This document shows positions 48,240 through 61,239 of a stretch of DNA of 64,000 nucleotides, one piece after another; position 1 is the first letter of the stretch; every line of letters starts with the position of its first letter. The notes under the pieces are model-generated. The model did not search any database. It saw only the letters and a program-made list of their open reading frames with translations, and was not told the origin of the DNA. This stretch comes from Narcine bancroftii. Taxonomy: Eukaryota. The DNA lies in NCBI RefSeq assembly GCF_036971445.1, contig NC_091471.1, positions 263,934,001 through 263,998,000 of the forward strand, read 5' to 3'. The position numbers were made by a program, and so were the translations under genes.

Positions 48240-48680
48240 AAATCAGACTTTATATTGGGTAACATTGAGAAAATAATCCACGGGACCATAAGAGTGGCAG
48301 AGAGAATCACTGGAGTCTCCCCCCAACCCCGGGATCAAGAGGGCACGCAAAATTATTGAGGACCCCTTCGACCCTGCACACAGCATCTTTCAGCTGCTCC
48401 TGTTGGGAAGAGATACAGGAAGAGATACAGGAAGAGATACAGGAGGATCAGAGCCAGCACCACGGGCAGTGAGAACAGTGAACAACCAAAGGAACTGCTC
48501 ACATTAACCATCTGAGACTCTCACATTTACAAAACAAAATCTGCTAACAAATACTTGCCCTGCATATGTACCTATGTCTGTATGTGTGTTATGTCTGGTT
48601 ATGTGTCTGTGTTTTGTACTGAAGACCGGAGAACACTGTTTTGTAGCATTGCAATCAGATGACAATAAACTTGACTTGTT
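48240..48680 (+). mobile_element. Rex1-type 3' fragment with a (GAAGAGATACAG)3 slippage repeat
   Basis: Mirror image of 31870-32400; ends CAATAAACTTGACTTG. Confidence 0.75.
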
Positions 48681-49619
48681 ATTTACTATGTTGTGTAGCA
48701 TTACCATTGTGCTAAATGGAATAATGTCAGAATATACCAGGCAGCGTTAAACTGGGTTTCCAGGAGACTTGTGGCCCACCAGCAACTGAATTATATCTCA
48801 CTACAACCCATAACTTCTTAGCCTTGGATATTCATCCATCGTTCTATCATTACCATTAAACTAGGGTTCGTCTTGCTTCACTGGAGATTGAAAAAGACAT
48901 GGTGGGAACAATACCTAATCAACCTAAAAATGTCACCTTGATGAAGGGCTAAAGCCCAAAATGTTGGTTATGTATCCTTATCTTTGCTATATAAAGTACA
49001 TTGTTTGACCTGCTGAGTTTCTCCAGCATGGTGTTCAACCACAGTGTCTGCAGACTTTCGTGTTTAAACCTAAAATTGTTTTGTGAGGTTAATGTAAAAG
49101 ATCTGGTCGTACCACTTTAAGTGAAGCAGCGGAGTGGGATGTTATCTCCAGGACTGATACAAGATCAAGACCGTCCACAGAAGCTTCCTGACCTGCTGCG
49201 TTCCTCTCGCAATGTTGTTTTAAATGGTTTCCGGCATCTGCAGCCTCTTGTCCTTCCAGTTCATTGGTCCACTGTGTAGTCTCTTGGAAGAAAGTTTTCC
49301 TCTTCTCTTTGATGGGAGATCTCACTGCTCGCCCTCTGTTTCCGAGTTCTGATCCAGAGTCTTGACTCGGAATCGTGGACAAGCAATTCCCTCTACAGTT
49401 GCTGCACGATCCACTGAGTTCCTCCAGCAGCTCTGTTTTGCTCCATATTCTAGTCTCTTGTCCCTCCGCCTGACATAATTCTGATTTAACTCATGAATAA
49501 AAACAGATATTGGCCCTTTCTAGCTACTTCTGGGAGATTCACCACCTTGAGTGCATGGACTCTGCTAATAAATTTCCCCATTCTGTAATTAAGCCGTCCC
49601 CTGTATGTTTCTGCAACAG

Positions 49620-50031
49620 GGCACTACATCTTTGTAACTGGAGGATACTTTCGAGATGAGGTGGTTTGGTATTGCGTGGACTGGGTGCTGATTTACAACG
49701 ACTGGGATAACAGCTGGATGGAAGGGCCTTCCATGAAGCAGTCTCGCAACTGGCACTGTGCAGTCGGTGCCGGGGAGTACCTGTACGCGCTGGGAGGCAG
49801 CACTGACGAGGCTGTGATTGCTGATGTGGAGCGGCTGCAGGTGGCGGGCACCCAGTGGGAGGGCAGGCACCGCATGGTGCAGCCCGTGGAGAGAGCAGCA
49901 GTGGCCAGCGATGGTGTCAGGATCTACGTCCTGTGCGGACTGGATGAGAATGGTGATGTTTACAGCGGCGTTCAGCGGCTACATGTTGGCACAGATGTCT
50001 GGGACGTGATCTCCTTCTCGCCACTTCCCCG
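49620..50031 (+). CDS. KLHL23-like exon 2 (Kelch repeats)
   Basis: caacag|GG CAC TAC...; YIFVTGGY, WMEGPSM..SRNWHCAV, YLYALGG; donor CCCG|gtacgt (phase 2). Confidence 0.93.
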
Positions 50032-50059
50032 GTACGTCCTTTTGTTCCGTTACGCCTCC

Positions 50060-50255
50060 ACGATGTTGGAGAAGCTCAGCAGGTCAAACAAATCAATATT
50101 TCGGGCTTGAGCCCTTCTTATCTTGACGAAAGGTTAAGCCCGAAACATTGGTTATACTTATTTATCTTTGCTATACAAAGTACACTGTTTGACCTGCTGA
50201 GTTTCACCAGCGTTGTGTTTTTACTTCAACCACTGCAGACCTTCGTGTTTTACTC
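50060..50255. mobile_element. Penelope-derived inverted pLTR pair with hammerhead-like cores on both strands
   Basis: TTTCGGGCTTGAGCCCTTC..TTGACGAAAGGTTAAGCCCGAAAC flanked by inverted CTCAGCAGGTCAAACA / TGTTTGACCTGCTGAG. Confidence 0.75.
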
Positions 50256-50899
50256 CTTACCAACACGGTTTCCCTGGAAACATTTAATCACTCCCCCCTC
50301 TCTCCCCAAGAACGTTTTGTTCCTCCTCATCTCCCTTGAATTCACTCCCTTTCTTTTTTCTGCACCTGTGGTTATTTTAACATTTGTTACATTTGTAATG
50401 TGATCAACCGCTCATTGCACCCAGGTGGCTTGGGAGAGGCAAGTGCTCCCTAGTGAGAAATGTTAACTTCTTTTGTTTCCGAAGTGCTGAACATTTTCAG
50501 CAAACGTCATTTCTATTTAAGATTTCTGACGGTATTGGTGCTGAATTCCCTGCCAGCTTTGGGCGCTCATTTTGCCTCGTTCACCTTCATTGTTTCCCGT
50601 TTCTCGAGTTTCACAGAAACATGCGTCGCAGCAGGAGGAGGTAAGTGCTCGGCAGGAATCAGCTAACCATCCCCTTTTTCAGCTACATTACTGACCCGGC
50701 AATCCTCTCCCACCTTGGCTGCAATCCATGCGTGCCACATCCTTACTTGTTCGATCGCAATACCAGTTCCCTCGTCTGCCTGCTGCCCTGGTCTGCACTT
50801 CCATTTATCCTTTGCCACTGCACCGTATCTGACGTTTTAACTAAAAACATTATTCTTTTTCATATTTCAATAATGGCAGGCTCAGCAATTCCTCTATTG

Positions 50900-51027
50900 C
50901 AATGGTTCTCAACCGTTTTCTTTCCACCCACATACTTAAGGAATCCTTTACTGATCACAGAGCACCTACGACATAGGGAATACTTAAAGTGGTATGTGAG
51001 TGGAAAGAAAACGGTTGAGAACCACTG
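50900..51027. mobile_element. Monomeric hAT MITE (128 bp)
   Basis: TIRs CAATGGTTCTCAACCG / CGGTTGAGAACCACTG; 8-bp TSD CTCTATTG/CTCTATAG. Confidence 0.85.
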
Positions 51028-52003
51028 CTCTATAGTTTTATACTAATAACTTTCCAGATGCTTTCTATACTCAGAGTCCTCCAATCAATCTCTTTTCCCC
51101 GTTCAGCTTGTACATCATGCGTGATTATGTCCCCCTTCAAGTAACTTTGGCTCCGCAGAGTGCTTCCTCCATCACCACTCACTCTGCGTCAGCTCCTTTG
51201 AACAATAAAGCCTATCTGTAGAATCCCCCTGACCACTTAAACCCCTCACCCTCCGATCTTTTCATTGGAATCTGCTAATATGACATATGCGCATCGTTTC
51301 CCTCGCCCGTTCTAATACACCCTCCTATTTTGAGTATCTACTATCTCCTTCTCCCTCCGAAAGGGTGCTCTGGGTCACGGGGAGTTTCTGGCTATGGTTG
51401 CTTTGTTCCTGAAACATCTTTGAACCACTCATATGTGACTGAATCAGTCACATGCCCTGATTCGATTTCTTCCCCCCCCCCCCCCCCTACACCCTCCATA
51501 CACCCATTCACCAATGAGTTTCCACTCCACTCCACCCTCACTTTCACCTTCTTCTTCTCTGGCGCGCTGCCAACAAATATTCGCTATGATTTCAAGAATT
51601 AATTACTCTTCCCACACGCTCCCACTCCATTTGGGACGCAGCAAGTGATGTTACCCACTCCATGAACGCGTTGACAGCATCGCTACTATCTCTGGTTTCC
51701 CTGCTTTGTGCCATGTCTCCGCCCTACAGTGGACGTTTTTGCAGTGAGCCCCCATCCTATTCCTTTCCCCGAGCACCTCTGCCACATCTGTAACATTTCC
51801 TAGTTCTGCTGAAGGGCGCCGCTTTGAAACAGCTGATCTCTCGAGCGTTTTCGTGTCTATGTTTTAACGCAGTTCGTTTCAAGTTATCCTAAAGTCGATC
51901 CTCTTTAAAGTTAGCTTTGTGTGTGATAGTGTAAACAGCGTATATGGAGGCTGAGTTATAATGGCACCATCATTAACACTGGCATTTTCTTGACCCGTTG
52001 AAG

Positions 52004-52322
52004 GTACGATCTCTGTGCAACCTTCCTGAATGGTGCGGTTTATGTGGTGGGAGGCCAACCATTTCGTCTTGACATTGACACTGACGAGTGGTCACCAGTG
52101 GACGAGGAATGCTTAAACCAGAAGTTCTTCAGTGGCTGCACTATTGTGAACGGAAAGACATTCATTGTGGGGGAGAGGAGAGGGAACACGTCGATCCCTA
52201 ATATGATTCTTTTCGATCCCTACACTGACACCTGCCAGGTGGTTGACACGGCCGTGCCCTGCCCACTGCCGTTACGCGGCTGCGTGTCCATCGCAAAGTT
52301 CAGCACCACGCCTGGAGTCTGA
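52004..52322 (+). CDS. KLHL23-like exon 3 (last Kelch repeats and stop); total CDS 1644 nt, 547 aa
   Basis: ttgaag|G TAC GAT CTC TGT...; YVVGGQ, FDPYTD, PLRGCVSI; the three exons sum to 548 codons. Confidence 0.92.
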
Positions 52323-53099
52323 AGGGGACGTTTGTATTTCAACTCGTAGATTACTGACAGTGTGATCGAGAATGGGGCAATCACAGCGCCGGCATTCCCC
52401 AGGCATCTATTATGATGGGCAGCGCAGTCCAGCAGAATCCTGTTACAGTTTTACAATTTTCTGTCAACCAGCTCGTGAGATCGACCTAATAATCCAGGTA
52501 GAAATTATTAACTGTACGATTGTTTCTTAAAGGCTATTCCTTCCACAGCTCCTTCAGTAAACTACCTTGCCCTTACTCTCTCAACCTCTGCATTCTCATT
52601 ACCCTGTTGAAGATATGCTCATTCCATTTCATCAAAACCTTCAGTTGTTGTCCACTGTCTCTCCCTAATGGTCTTAGATTGGCAATTGACCACCTTATGT
52701 CTCCAAAGTACAAATTGCCCCATGGCCAAATTCCTCCCTAGCACTGTGATAGCTTCATGCTCCCAAAGTCTTCCCCAGATCTCTATACCTTTAACTTCAG
52801 TCTCTTGCTTGCCTCCTCCTGTCCAACACCACTCTGGATTTATACTTCTTAACCCTGGTCTTCTGGAAATACCTTAATGAGGATCTTGGAAACTAGTTTA
52901 AAAAGTGGATTACACTAAGCATCTGTCTTGAAACCAATGTTGTTTCTCTGGCAAATCCACAGAACACTGGGCATTGCTGAGAAAGTCAGAACCATATTTG
53001 AATCAAGTAGGACGGATGTGGTTTATTCTTACACAAGATTTTACTAGGCAGGTAAATACATTTCTGGAGGAACTTAGCAGGTCATGCAGCATCAGTGGA

Positions 53100-54210
53100 A
53101 GAAAAATAGAACATGGGGACCTACAGCACAGGCCCTTCAGCCCACAGAGGTGTGCCCACCCTACAACCTACTCTTACATCTGCCTAGAATTTCCTAAAAT
53201 AACCCTCCATTTTATCACTTCCACTGTACCTATCTAATAGTCTCTTAAAAGATCCTATTGTACCTGTCTCCACCACCATGGAGAGCAATGCTTTCCATGC
53301 ACCCATCACCCTCTGAGAAAAGTTTACTTCTTACATCCTCCCTCTCCTGCACTTACTCCCAAGCACCTTAAAACTATGCCCCTCAGCCATTTCAGCCCAG
53401 CAAAAAAAGCCTATGGCCATCCTCTCATCACACTGGACAACGAGGATTTTGCTTCCTGAACACTTGGGTGTATTTTATGGATTTTGATCTGCTTATCATG
53501 AAAATCACCTTTAGAAATTTTCTATCATATACCAAAATACATCCAGCTGATCGACAACATCCTTCAAACCAACAAAACCACAAAGTGCAACAGGACTTTG
53601 AAAATTAATTTTCTGCATTTGCACTTGGACATCTTCCCTACTGATCTTGGTGCTGTCAGTGACGAACACAGTGAAAAGTTTCACCAGGACATTGCAACCA
53701 TGGAAAAAGCGATATCATGGCAATTGGAATCCATCAGTGCTGGCCAACTATTGTTGGATACTGACATAAGAAGCATCAGATGCTGAGTACAAATGAAAAT
53801 TAGCAGCAAAACAGTTTTAGTCAGTTGAAATAATGCAATTTATGAGCATTATTATGCAACTAAATTAACTTTTAGTATGTTTAATGTTTCTCCAACTTCC
53901 TACACGATACAACAAATATGAAATTATATTTGTGTTCAATTTGAAGTTATCTAATCCCCAATTTTTGTTTCCAGGAAGCAGTCCTTTTGAAAACAATTGT
54001 TGTCCAGCGTCATCTTTTACACCTCTATCAGGACACCCTTCATCCTCCTTCACACCAAGGAGAAAGCACCAAATTTCCTCAACCTATGCTCATGAGGCAC
54101 GCTCTCTAGTCCAGACAGCATCCTTGTAAATTTCCTCTGCTCCCTCTCTGTAGCATCCACATTTTTCCTGTAGTGAGATGGCCAGAACTAAACATAACAT
54201 TCCACTCTGA
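53100..54210 (-). mobile_element. CR1 3' remnant interrupted by a DNA transposon
   Basis: Reverse complement of CR1 3' motifs (ACAGGCCCTTCAGCCCACA, TCCTTGTAAAT.TCCTCTG). Confidence 0.65.
53431..54009 (+). mobile_element. Internally deleted Chapaev3-like (CMC superfamily) DNA transposon
   Basis: TIRs CACTGGACAAC / GTTGTCCAGCG; 3-bp TSD TCA; transposase C-terminal motif KINFLHLHLDIFPTDLGAVSDEHSEKFHQDIATMEK. Confidence 0.75.
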
Positions 54211-54765
54211 ATCTAAATAATGGTTGATGTTTTGAACTCAAGGCTGATAAAAGATTTCAGCTCAAGACATCATCAACCATTCTTTTTCTTCCACTGATGC
54301 TGCTTGGCTTGCTGAGTTCCTCCAGCAGAACGTATTTAGCTTCGGATACCATCAGCTGCAGTCTCTCTCCCATGAGCCTACAGTTCTAACTCAGCAGTCT
54401 TGGTTTTAGTATACATCACTTGTGCTTTAGTACTGTGGGTTCTAAGGTGGCTGAAGTGGAACAGCAGACTACATGGGTTGTGCAAGTGGTGGGTTACTTG
54501 ATGTATTTTATAAATAGTGGAAGGAATGCACAGCACAAGTACCCAGATGCCATACTTAATCATATTTAATTGTCTCCTCCAATGCTTGTCCAGTTTCATT
54601 AGTCCCAGTCCAGGAACTTCCTGAGTGCTAGTGGTCAACAAGGCAACAGGGACTGTACATACATTTATAGCACTAAGACTGCAAGCTCTACCCTTTATGC
54701 TAACATCTTATTAAAGCCTACCATTAATTTCCAAAACAATCTGTAGAGTATCAGTAAAATGAATG

Positions 54766-54771
54766 TTTATT
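54766..54771 (-). terminator. Candidate CERS4 poly-A signal (implies a ~2.8 kb repeat-poor 3'UTR)
   Basis: TTTATT on +, at the edge of the repeat-poor AT-rich block 54750-57575. Confidence 0.45.
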
Positions 54772-57575
54772 TTAAAAGCAATATTGAAACCAAAGACATC
54801 CATTATTAAGTGAACTTTATAGTGAGATATTTGATTTGTCATATCAGCGATGCCCAAAATTTTAATCAGGTAATTTTGTGCAGACAGCGCGAGAAGAGAA
54901 AATTGAGAATATTAACAATGGGTTTCAACTGATGCTGTGTTGTTGTTCCAGATTTGGAAATGGAATCTGTAGAATGGGAGGCGTGAGAGATCTTAGCATC
55001 CGTCCATTCAGGAGGGCACACTGACATATTTGGAAACACTGAACCCTTTCCATAGTTATTTTAAGTGAGACATTTGCTCCATTACATCATTTTTTCTGCA
55101 CCTGCATAGATCCAAATACCTCAATATGTTCTTCCCAATGTGGGGATTGAAAACTGAATGAATGTGATGCGTTTGAAAATTTTCTTTAAAATTGAAATAT
55201 TGTTTAGCTCAGACTTGGGAAATATTGTTTCAGTAATCCAAATCTAATGCTATTACTTCAGAACAGAAAACACCACCATTAGTGCCCAGTGATAGAAAGC
55301 TCAAAGTCAAAATCAAAGATCCTCAACTGTGGTTGGCATTAATTTTTGGGGATTGTGCACAACAGCTGAGCTCATGCTTCACTTCTAGGTTTAGAGGACT
55401 CTCACACCCACTCAGTATCTCATTCTGCCTCTTAAATCTTTTAGCTGGTGCTTTATGGTCTGCCCTCCAACCCACTTCAGAAACTGGAGAATGATTCAAG
55501 ATGAAAATTTACTACATTAGGAAAGGAAGTACTGATAGGGTTGATTTTTTTGTATAGGATGATAAACAGCACCATGTTCCCTCTTGTATGCAAAATAAAA
55601 ATGGATGCTTTTTCCTACTGTATAGATTACCTCAGTTTGTAGTCTTTGCCATGTATAAAATTGGTTGATAGATTTGCTTACAAGGCAACTACTACACTTT
55701 TAGTACCTTGGCCATAAAAGATCATGCCCATCAAAATGCCAGTGCCAGTTCTTCCATCATATGGAATGTAAACTCTAATCCCAAAAATGTCATTTCCAAA
55801 TATCAAGCTTCAGTCAATACATAATGAATAGTAAACTAATTGCCATGTGTAGATTAAAGATACAATCCAGCCCATTAACGCATAACTGCTGAGCAGAGTA
55901 AATAGTTCTTAACCTCTAGAAACAAATTCAAAGCCAGAGTCAAAGAATGAAAAAGAATTAATTTATTCAAAACAAAAACCTTAATTACACTTTAATTTAA
56001 ATGGAGCAAAATCAGGCACCCAGTATGTTAGTTTGGATCCTTAATCAAAGATGTGCATTCACAGACAGACACATGTACACTTGGATCAGACAACTAAGAC
56101 TGTCATCCGTACAACAAAGTCAATCAGTCTCAATATGTCCAAAGGTGTATTAGCAACTTAAATAATTCAATGGACTTTCACATTTTACGTTTGAGTTTCT
56201 ATGCAAAATAAACTGCCACGTAAAGCATTTTTTTCTCTTTCAGAGCATACTCAAGAATTTGATAAAACTTGGTCATAAAGTCAACATTGCTTGTATGCTT
56301 TACGCCTATCGACTCCTCAGAGTATTTAATCATACACAAACAGCTGGTAACTACAAGATATTTTTCATCCAAAATTCTCAGATTATATAAAAAATTTAAC
56401 ATAAGAATTCTGGTATTAATCCATTTTTTCCTCCTGGAAGCCTCGTGCAACTGCATCTTTTGAAAACAGGAGCAATTAGTTGCTGCCCTGATACCTAAGG
56501 TATCACTGCAGATTTAAACAGCAAAACCCATAAATCTGGATTCCAACAATAACTATTTGGGTTAAAGTTTATGGAAAAATTAAACATTGCTAACAATGTC
56601 GTCATTGTACCCAGGTAACCTGGATGAGGAAAGTGCTCCCTAGTGAGAAAATAATGTTACAAAATAGTAACAAACCAATTCCAAGTAGAAAAATGGAGTA
56701 GACATGGAGCCTGAAGAATTAAAACATTTGATGTGCATCCCTTTTCATTTCAAATGTTGTATTTTAAAGCTCACCCACGTGAGAAAATAAATGGAAGGTC
56801 TTGGATCATTCTATACAGGAGTTGATTTATAGTAAACACGATAAAAGTTGCATTAATTCAGACATTAACCTTAAATCCAGTTTGACACTGTCTCTGCAAT
56901 ACTTCCATTATTTGTAATCTGTTGACGACCAAACATAACCACATCCCAAAAAACACAATTCTGCCTCTAAATAAAAACATCAAAATGTAACATTTAATAT
57001 TACAAACTATTAAGCACTAACACAAAATGCAGTTTGGATTGGGATTTGATGTTCCATACATCAACAATGCAGGCTTGTGGCTCACGTTACTTTGGGCTTC
57101 AAGGAGGAATCAACTCCAAACGACCATGGACATCAACTACTATTCACCATAGATTAGAAAACTGATGACAAAACAAGAGCAGAGAAAACTAGACCATTCT
57201 ATAAGTAGTTCCAAACCCCTGTGTGTTTTGTTTAAAGTCATGCTGCACTTCAATATCAAAAGTCAACAACTACCCAAATCCAGTTTTGAAGTATTCAACA
57301 GGATGGAAATGATGGGCAAAACAATAATATTCTGTATTTAACAATCCACCCCATATCCTCATCAAGACACTTGAAATGAAAGATGAAGGACTTGACCAAG
57401 AATCCCAAGAGTTGCAGATCCATTGGCATTTGTCATTTCTGGGGTTGTGAGTCAGTGTAGATTCCTTAATGGGAGAAATTTTAGAGCAAGTGTTTGATGG
57501 TATCATTGATAAAAGAACAGATTTTTTTTGTAATATAGGCAGCACTAAACCCATTCTTTGTTGCATATTCGCTAG

Positions 57576-57746
57576 CTACCTGGCTTTGGGCAATCTGTTC
57601 CTTTCATTCAATTTGTTTTTCATCCCATTTGTTATTTTATTTAGTACACCATTGTGATTGTCAGATGATATAGACTTTGATTCCATCCTTTCATCTTCTT
57701 CAGTCCCATCACTTTCATCAACATCACTCCTTTCATCCTTTTCAAC
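57576..57746 (-). CDS. CERS4: Ceramide synthase, last coding exon (VEKDERSDVDESD...LPKAR*)
   Basis: ctgcag|GTT; conserved D.RSD.E motif; 57 codons including the stop. Confidence 0.88.
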   Translation of the reverse strand, partial: VEKDERSDVDESDGTEEDERMESKSISSDNHNGVLNKITNGMKNKLNERNRLPKAR

Positions 57747-58712
57747 CTGCAGAAGGCCAAAAGAGGATTATTATTTGCAGCAACAATAACTCCAGTCATT
57801 TCAGCTATTTAGGTTACCCTCCCTCCCTCTCAACTTTTCTAAGCATCAATATCATTGAAAACTGAAAGATTAACAATCTGTAAATTTTCTAGTCATAGAC
57901 CTGGAGAGAAATAGAACTCCAAAATGTAGAGATAACCAACTGGATCTTGGGAGTCTCAAAGACAAGATCACCAATTTCTTAGAAGAATACAAGTCCCTTC
58001 TCAGGAACAATATTGTTTTTTGGAGTTCTACATATTGACTGAAACTAATTTTAAAGAGTGAAATGATGATCAGGGATCTCAAGTGAACAATGTTTTAGGT
58101 ATCAATTCACAAATTCCTTTAATTATATCATGCTGTAAAGAAAGGGATTATTTAGATGTAAAATTCAGACCAGAAAGTGATAAAGTGGGCAATTTATGAT
58201 CAATAAATGGCACACATTTGCTATTTCTTGATAATCCATTCATTAATTTCACTCAAGGTTGCAATATGAAAATGGTGCACCAAAGATTTGATCTGAAATT
58301 GGATGTTATTTATGAAGAAATTAAGATCTCTTTATCGTAGCCAGGGGGGGGGGGGGGAAGATAATCTGCATCAAATATACAGAGTGCAAAAATACCCTTT
58401 TTAAACATTTTTTCAGCTTACTATATTTAGAATTAGTGATCCATCCTCATGATCAAGATTTGAGGTTAACAGATTCTAGCTTCATTTGTAGTTACCTTCA
58501 TAATTCTCATCTGGTTAATGAAACAACAGTGAACTCATAACATTCAACAAGGGGTATAATTTTTTTAAAAATTAAGCTGTTTACTGAATCACCTTAGACA
58601 ATAGTTTTTCCAAACTTATGGCTTGAGGAGAAAGCTCAAGAATCAAAACTGACCTGGGTCACATACATGTCATTTTCAGCATGTCTGCCTCTTCTGAAAT
58701 GCAAGTTCTTAC

Positions 58713-58869
58713 CTTCCCAACAAACACAAACTTGACTGCCATTCTTAAGATGAGATAGGCCCAAAATATATGCAAAACCTGCAGAACCATTAGGAGAAGG
58801 TTGAAAAAATAGTAACCAAAGAAGGGCTGAAAAATCTCCATTGAGTAGTAGAATGTGGTGTAAATTACC
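58713..58869 (-). CDS. CERS4: Ceramide synthase exon (VIYTTFYYSMEIFQPFFGYYFFN...FVGK)
   Basis: 157 nt with AG/GT ends; end of the TLC domain; YTT.Y and PFFGYYFFN favour CERS4 over CERS2. Confidence 0.9.
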
Positions 58870-60486
58870 CTGCAAACAAAAAAAATGTCAAATCGTGCAA
58901 ATAGAAGGGAGCAAGCAAGCAAAAAGCAGGAAGATATTGTCCATCAAAATTCCAAGGATTCACAATTCTCCAATCTATAATTTATGTCTTGTTATACAGT
59001 ATCATTCATCTCATTTCAATAATGAGATGTTTCTAGTGACAAAGCCAAGGTGATGTCAAGGGAATGGTGGTGTGAGCAAAAATTATTTCAAAAGGGCTTA
59101 TGCATAATTTCTGCACCACAACTTATGGCTTGAGGATTGGATGATCTAGGACTTATTTGGTTAATGTTGCGGTTTCTCAGACTTTTACTCCAACAGCCTG
59201 GTATTAGGAAGGCTCAAAAGTTAAGGACAATGTTAACTAGAAGCAATTGGAACATATCATACAAAGCTGCTTTCAGTCATTCATATTGACCATTTTTTCA
59301 TTGGAGATTGTGCATATCCAAGGCCCAAACTGTGGAAAATCCCCAGAAATTTTACATCTCTGATTAGCAGGGGGCAGCAGACAAGTATAGTTAGTTTTAA
59401 GGTTCAAAATGATCTTCAACCAATGCAACATAAAGGTTATAAAGACTGCAATCACCCACAATACAATATGTAACATTGTCATATCCATTAAGTTGATCCA
59501 AGCAGCTAAATGCCTATAAATGGCCACAAGGTGGTAGTCCTAAATTTGTTGTTGGCCTAATTACTCCGCAGCACCACCTGTGGGATCTATTTCTGCAGCC
59601 AGAACCAAGGCATAATACAAATATCAGAGACACCAGTGATCAGGATATATTTTCAACAGTTCCATTTTTATGATCAAGCCTCGATAGTTTATCCTACAAA
59701 TTGGTATATTTACCAAAAGGAACTGATGGGGACAAATGGCCTTTCACTCAAAAGGAAAATGTGATTTTCCACTTATGAATGCTGATTGACATGTGGGAAT
59801 CCAGCCCTCTGGTTCTTTAGCCAAGTTACCTCAGGAGTTTAAGGTATCCTGCAGAGTTGAACTAATTCTATATTGCATCTGAGCTAAGATCAGCATTCTC
59901 AAATTGTTTATTTCAAGTGAAGGACATTTGCAGTACGAGTCAAGACCCTAATTAACTGGCCACAGTCCAAATCAGATCAGCCCTGGATAGCAAAAAACTA
60001 CTACCAAGCTTTTGAGAAGTGCGGGATCCTCCTTCTCCTTTTCATCTTTCAAAAGCAGACACTCACTAATGGAAAACACATTATGAAATGGCTTCCATGA
60101 ACAGAAAAGTTTCCCATTGAAAGGGCTTCAAAAGCATTTCACCACTTTGGAACTGCCAGAGGTTTAGTGTATTGGGTGTGCATGATCAACTGGGATGAGA
60201 TGGTGGCACAATAATGAGCCTTAGTTAGGATTGTTGAACAGATTAATTTAGAATGGTCAAATTAATAATATACTGAAAAGCAAAAAATGCATTTCTGAAC
60301 AGTGACAAATGTGAAGTACAGCAGTGAGCACCAATGTTCCTTCAAAGCACTGGCATCGATATAGCAAAATGGCTTCCAATTCCCTTCATAGTCTCCTACT
60401 AACTCATCCACTGAAAACAAACATTTTGAATCCTGTTCAACAGTCTCCAGTAAGCACTTTAAAAATCAAAATTCAGCAACACTCAC

Positions 60487-60593
60487 GCATTTGGAAAGAT
60501 GATGAGACGCGTTATCAAAAAGACCAATGCAAAGACCACAAACAGTACATCACAGGTTCTTCGCCATCCTGCATAGTTAAACATCTTTGCACA
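60487..60593 (-). CDS. CERS4: Ceramide synthase exon (CAKMFNYAGWRRTCDVLFVVFALVFLITRLIIFPN)
   Basis: 107 nt, ttgcag|TGT...GC|gtgagt; phases match both neighbouring exons. Confidence 0.92.
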
Positions 60594-61239
60594 CTGCAAA
60601 ATTTAATAATAAATGATTAATGAAGTAAAATCCATCCTGAAATTAGCACCCAAACTTATTATTCATTTCAGGATTCTCCCAGAGTAATACTATGTTAAAT
60701 TCAGAGCCTTCTAATTAATAATTGAGAAGATGAAAACCATTGTCATTGGTTCCCAGGTGACGTCTCTACATTCCTTCATTGGCACTAACTGTTTAAATTT
60801 TAAATTTAGGCATACAGCAGAGAAACAGGCCATTTTGGCCACGAGTCCATGCTGCCCAATTAATCTACACCCCTAGTATGTTTTGAACGATGGGAGGAAC
60901 TGGAGTCCCTGGAGAAAAATCCACGCAGACACAGGGAGAACATAAAAACCGCTGACAGACAGTGCGGGATTTGAACCCTGGTCCCAAATGCTAGCGCTGT
61001 AAAGGTGTTATGCCACCCTTAACCTCAGTCTCTTAGGCTATCCCGTTTTCACCTCCTTCACAATATTATAAACCCATCTTTTCCACTGTTGAAATCATTC
61101 AAATTCAATTATCTTTAGGTTCAATTATTCCAATGCTTTTAAGCCAACCTCGCACCTATCATCATATTAAAATTTGAAGTCCTTCAAAACTTTACTATCC
61201 ATATCCCAAACTATGCAATCCTATTCACCCAAAACTGCT

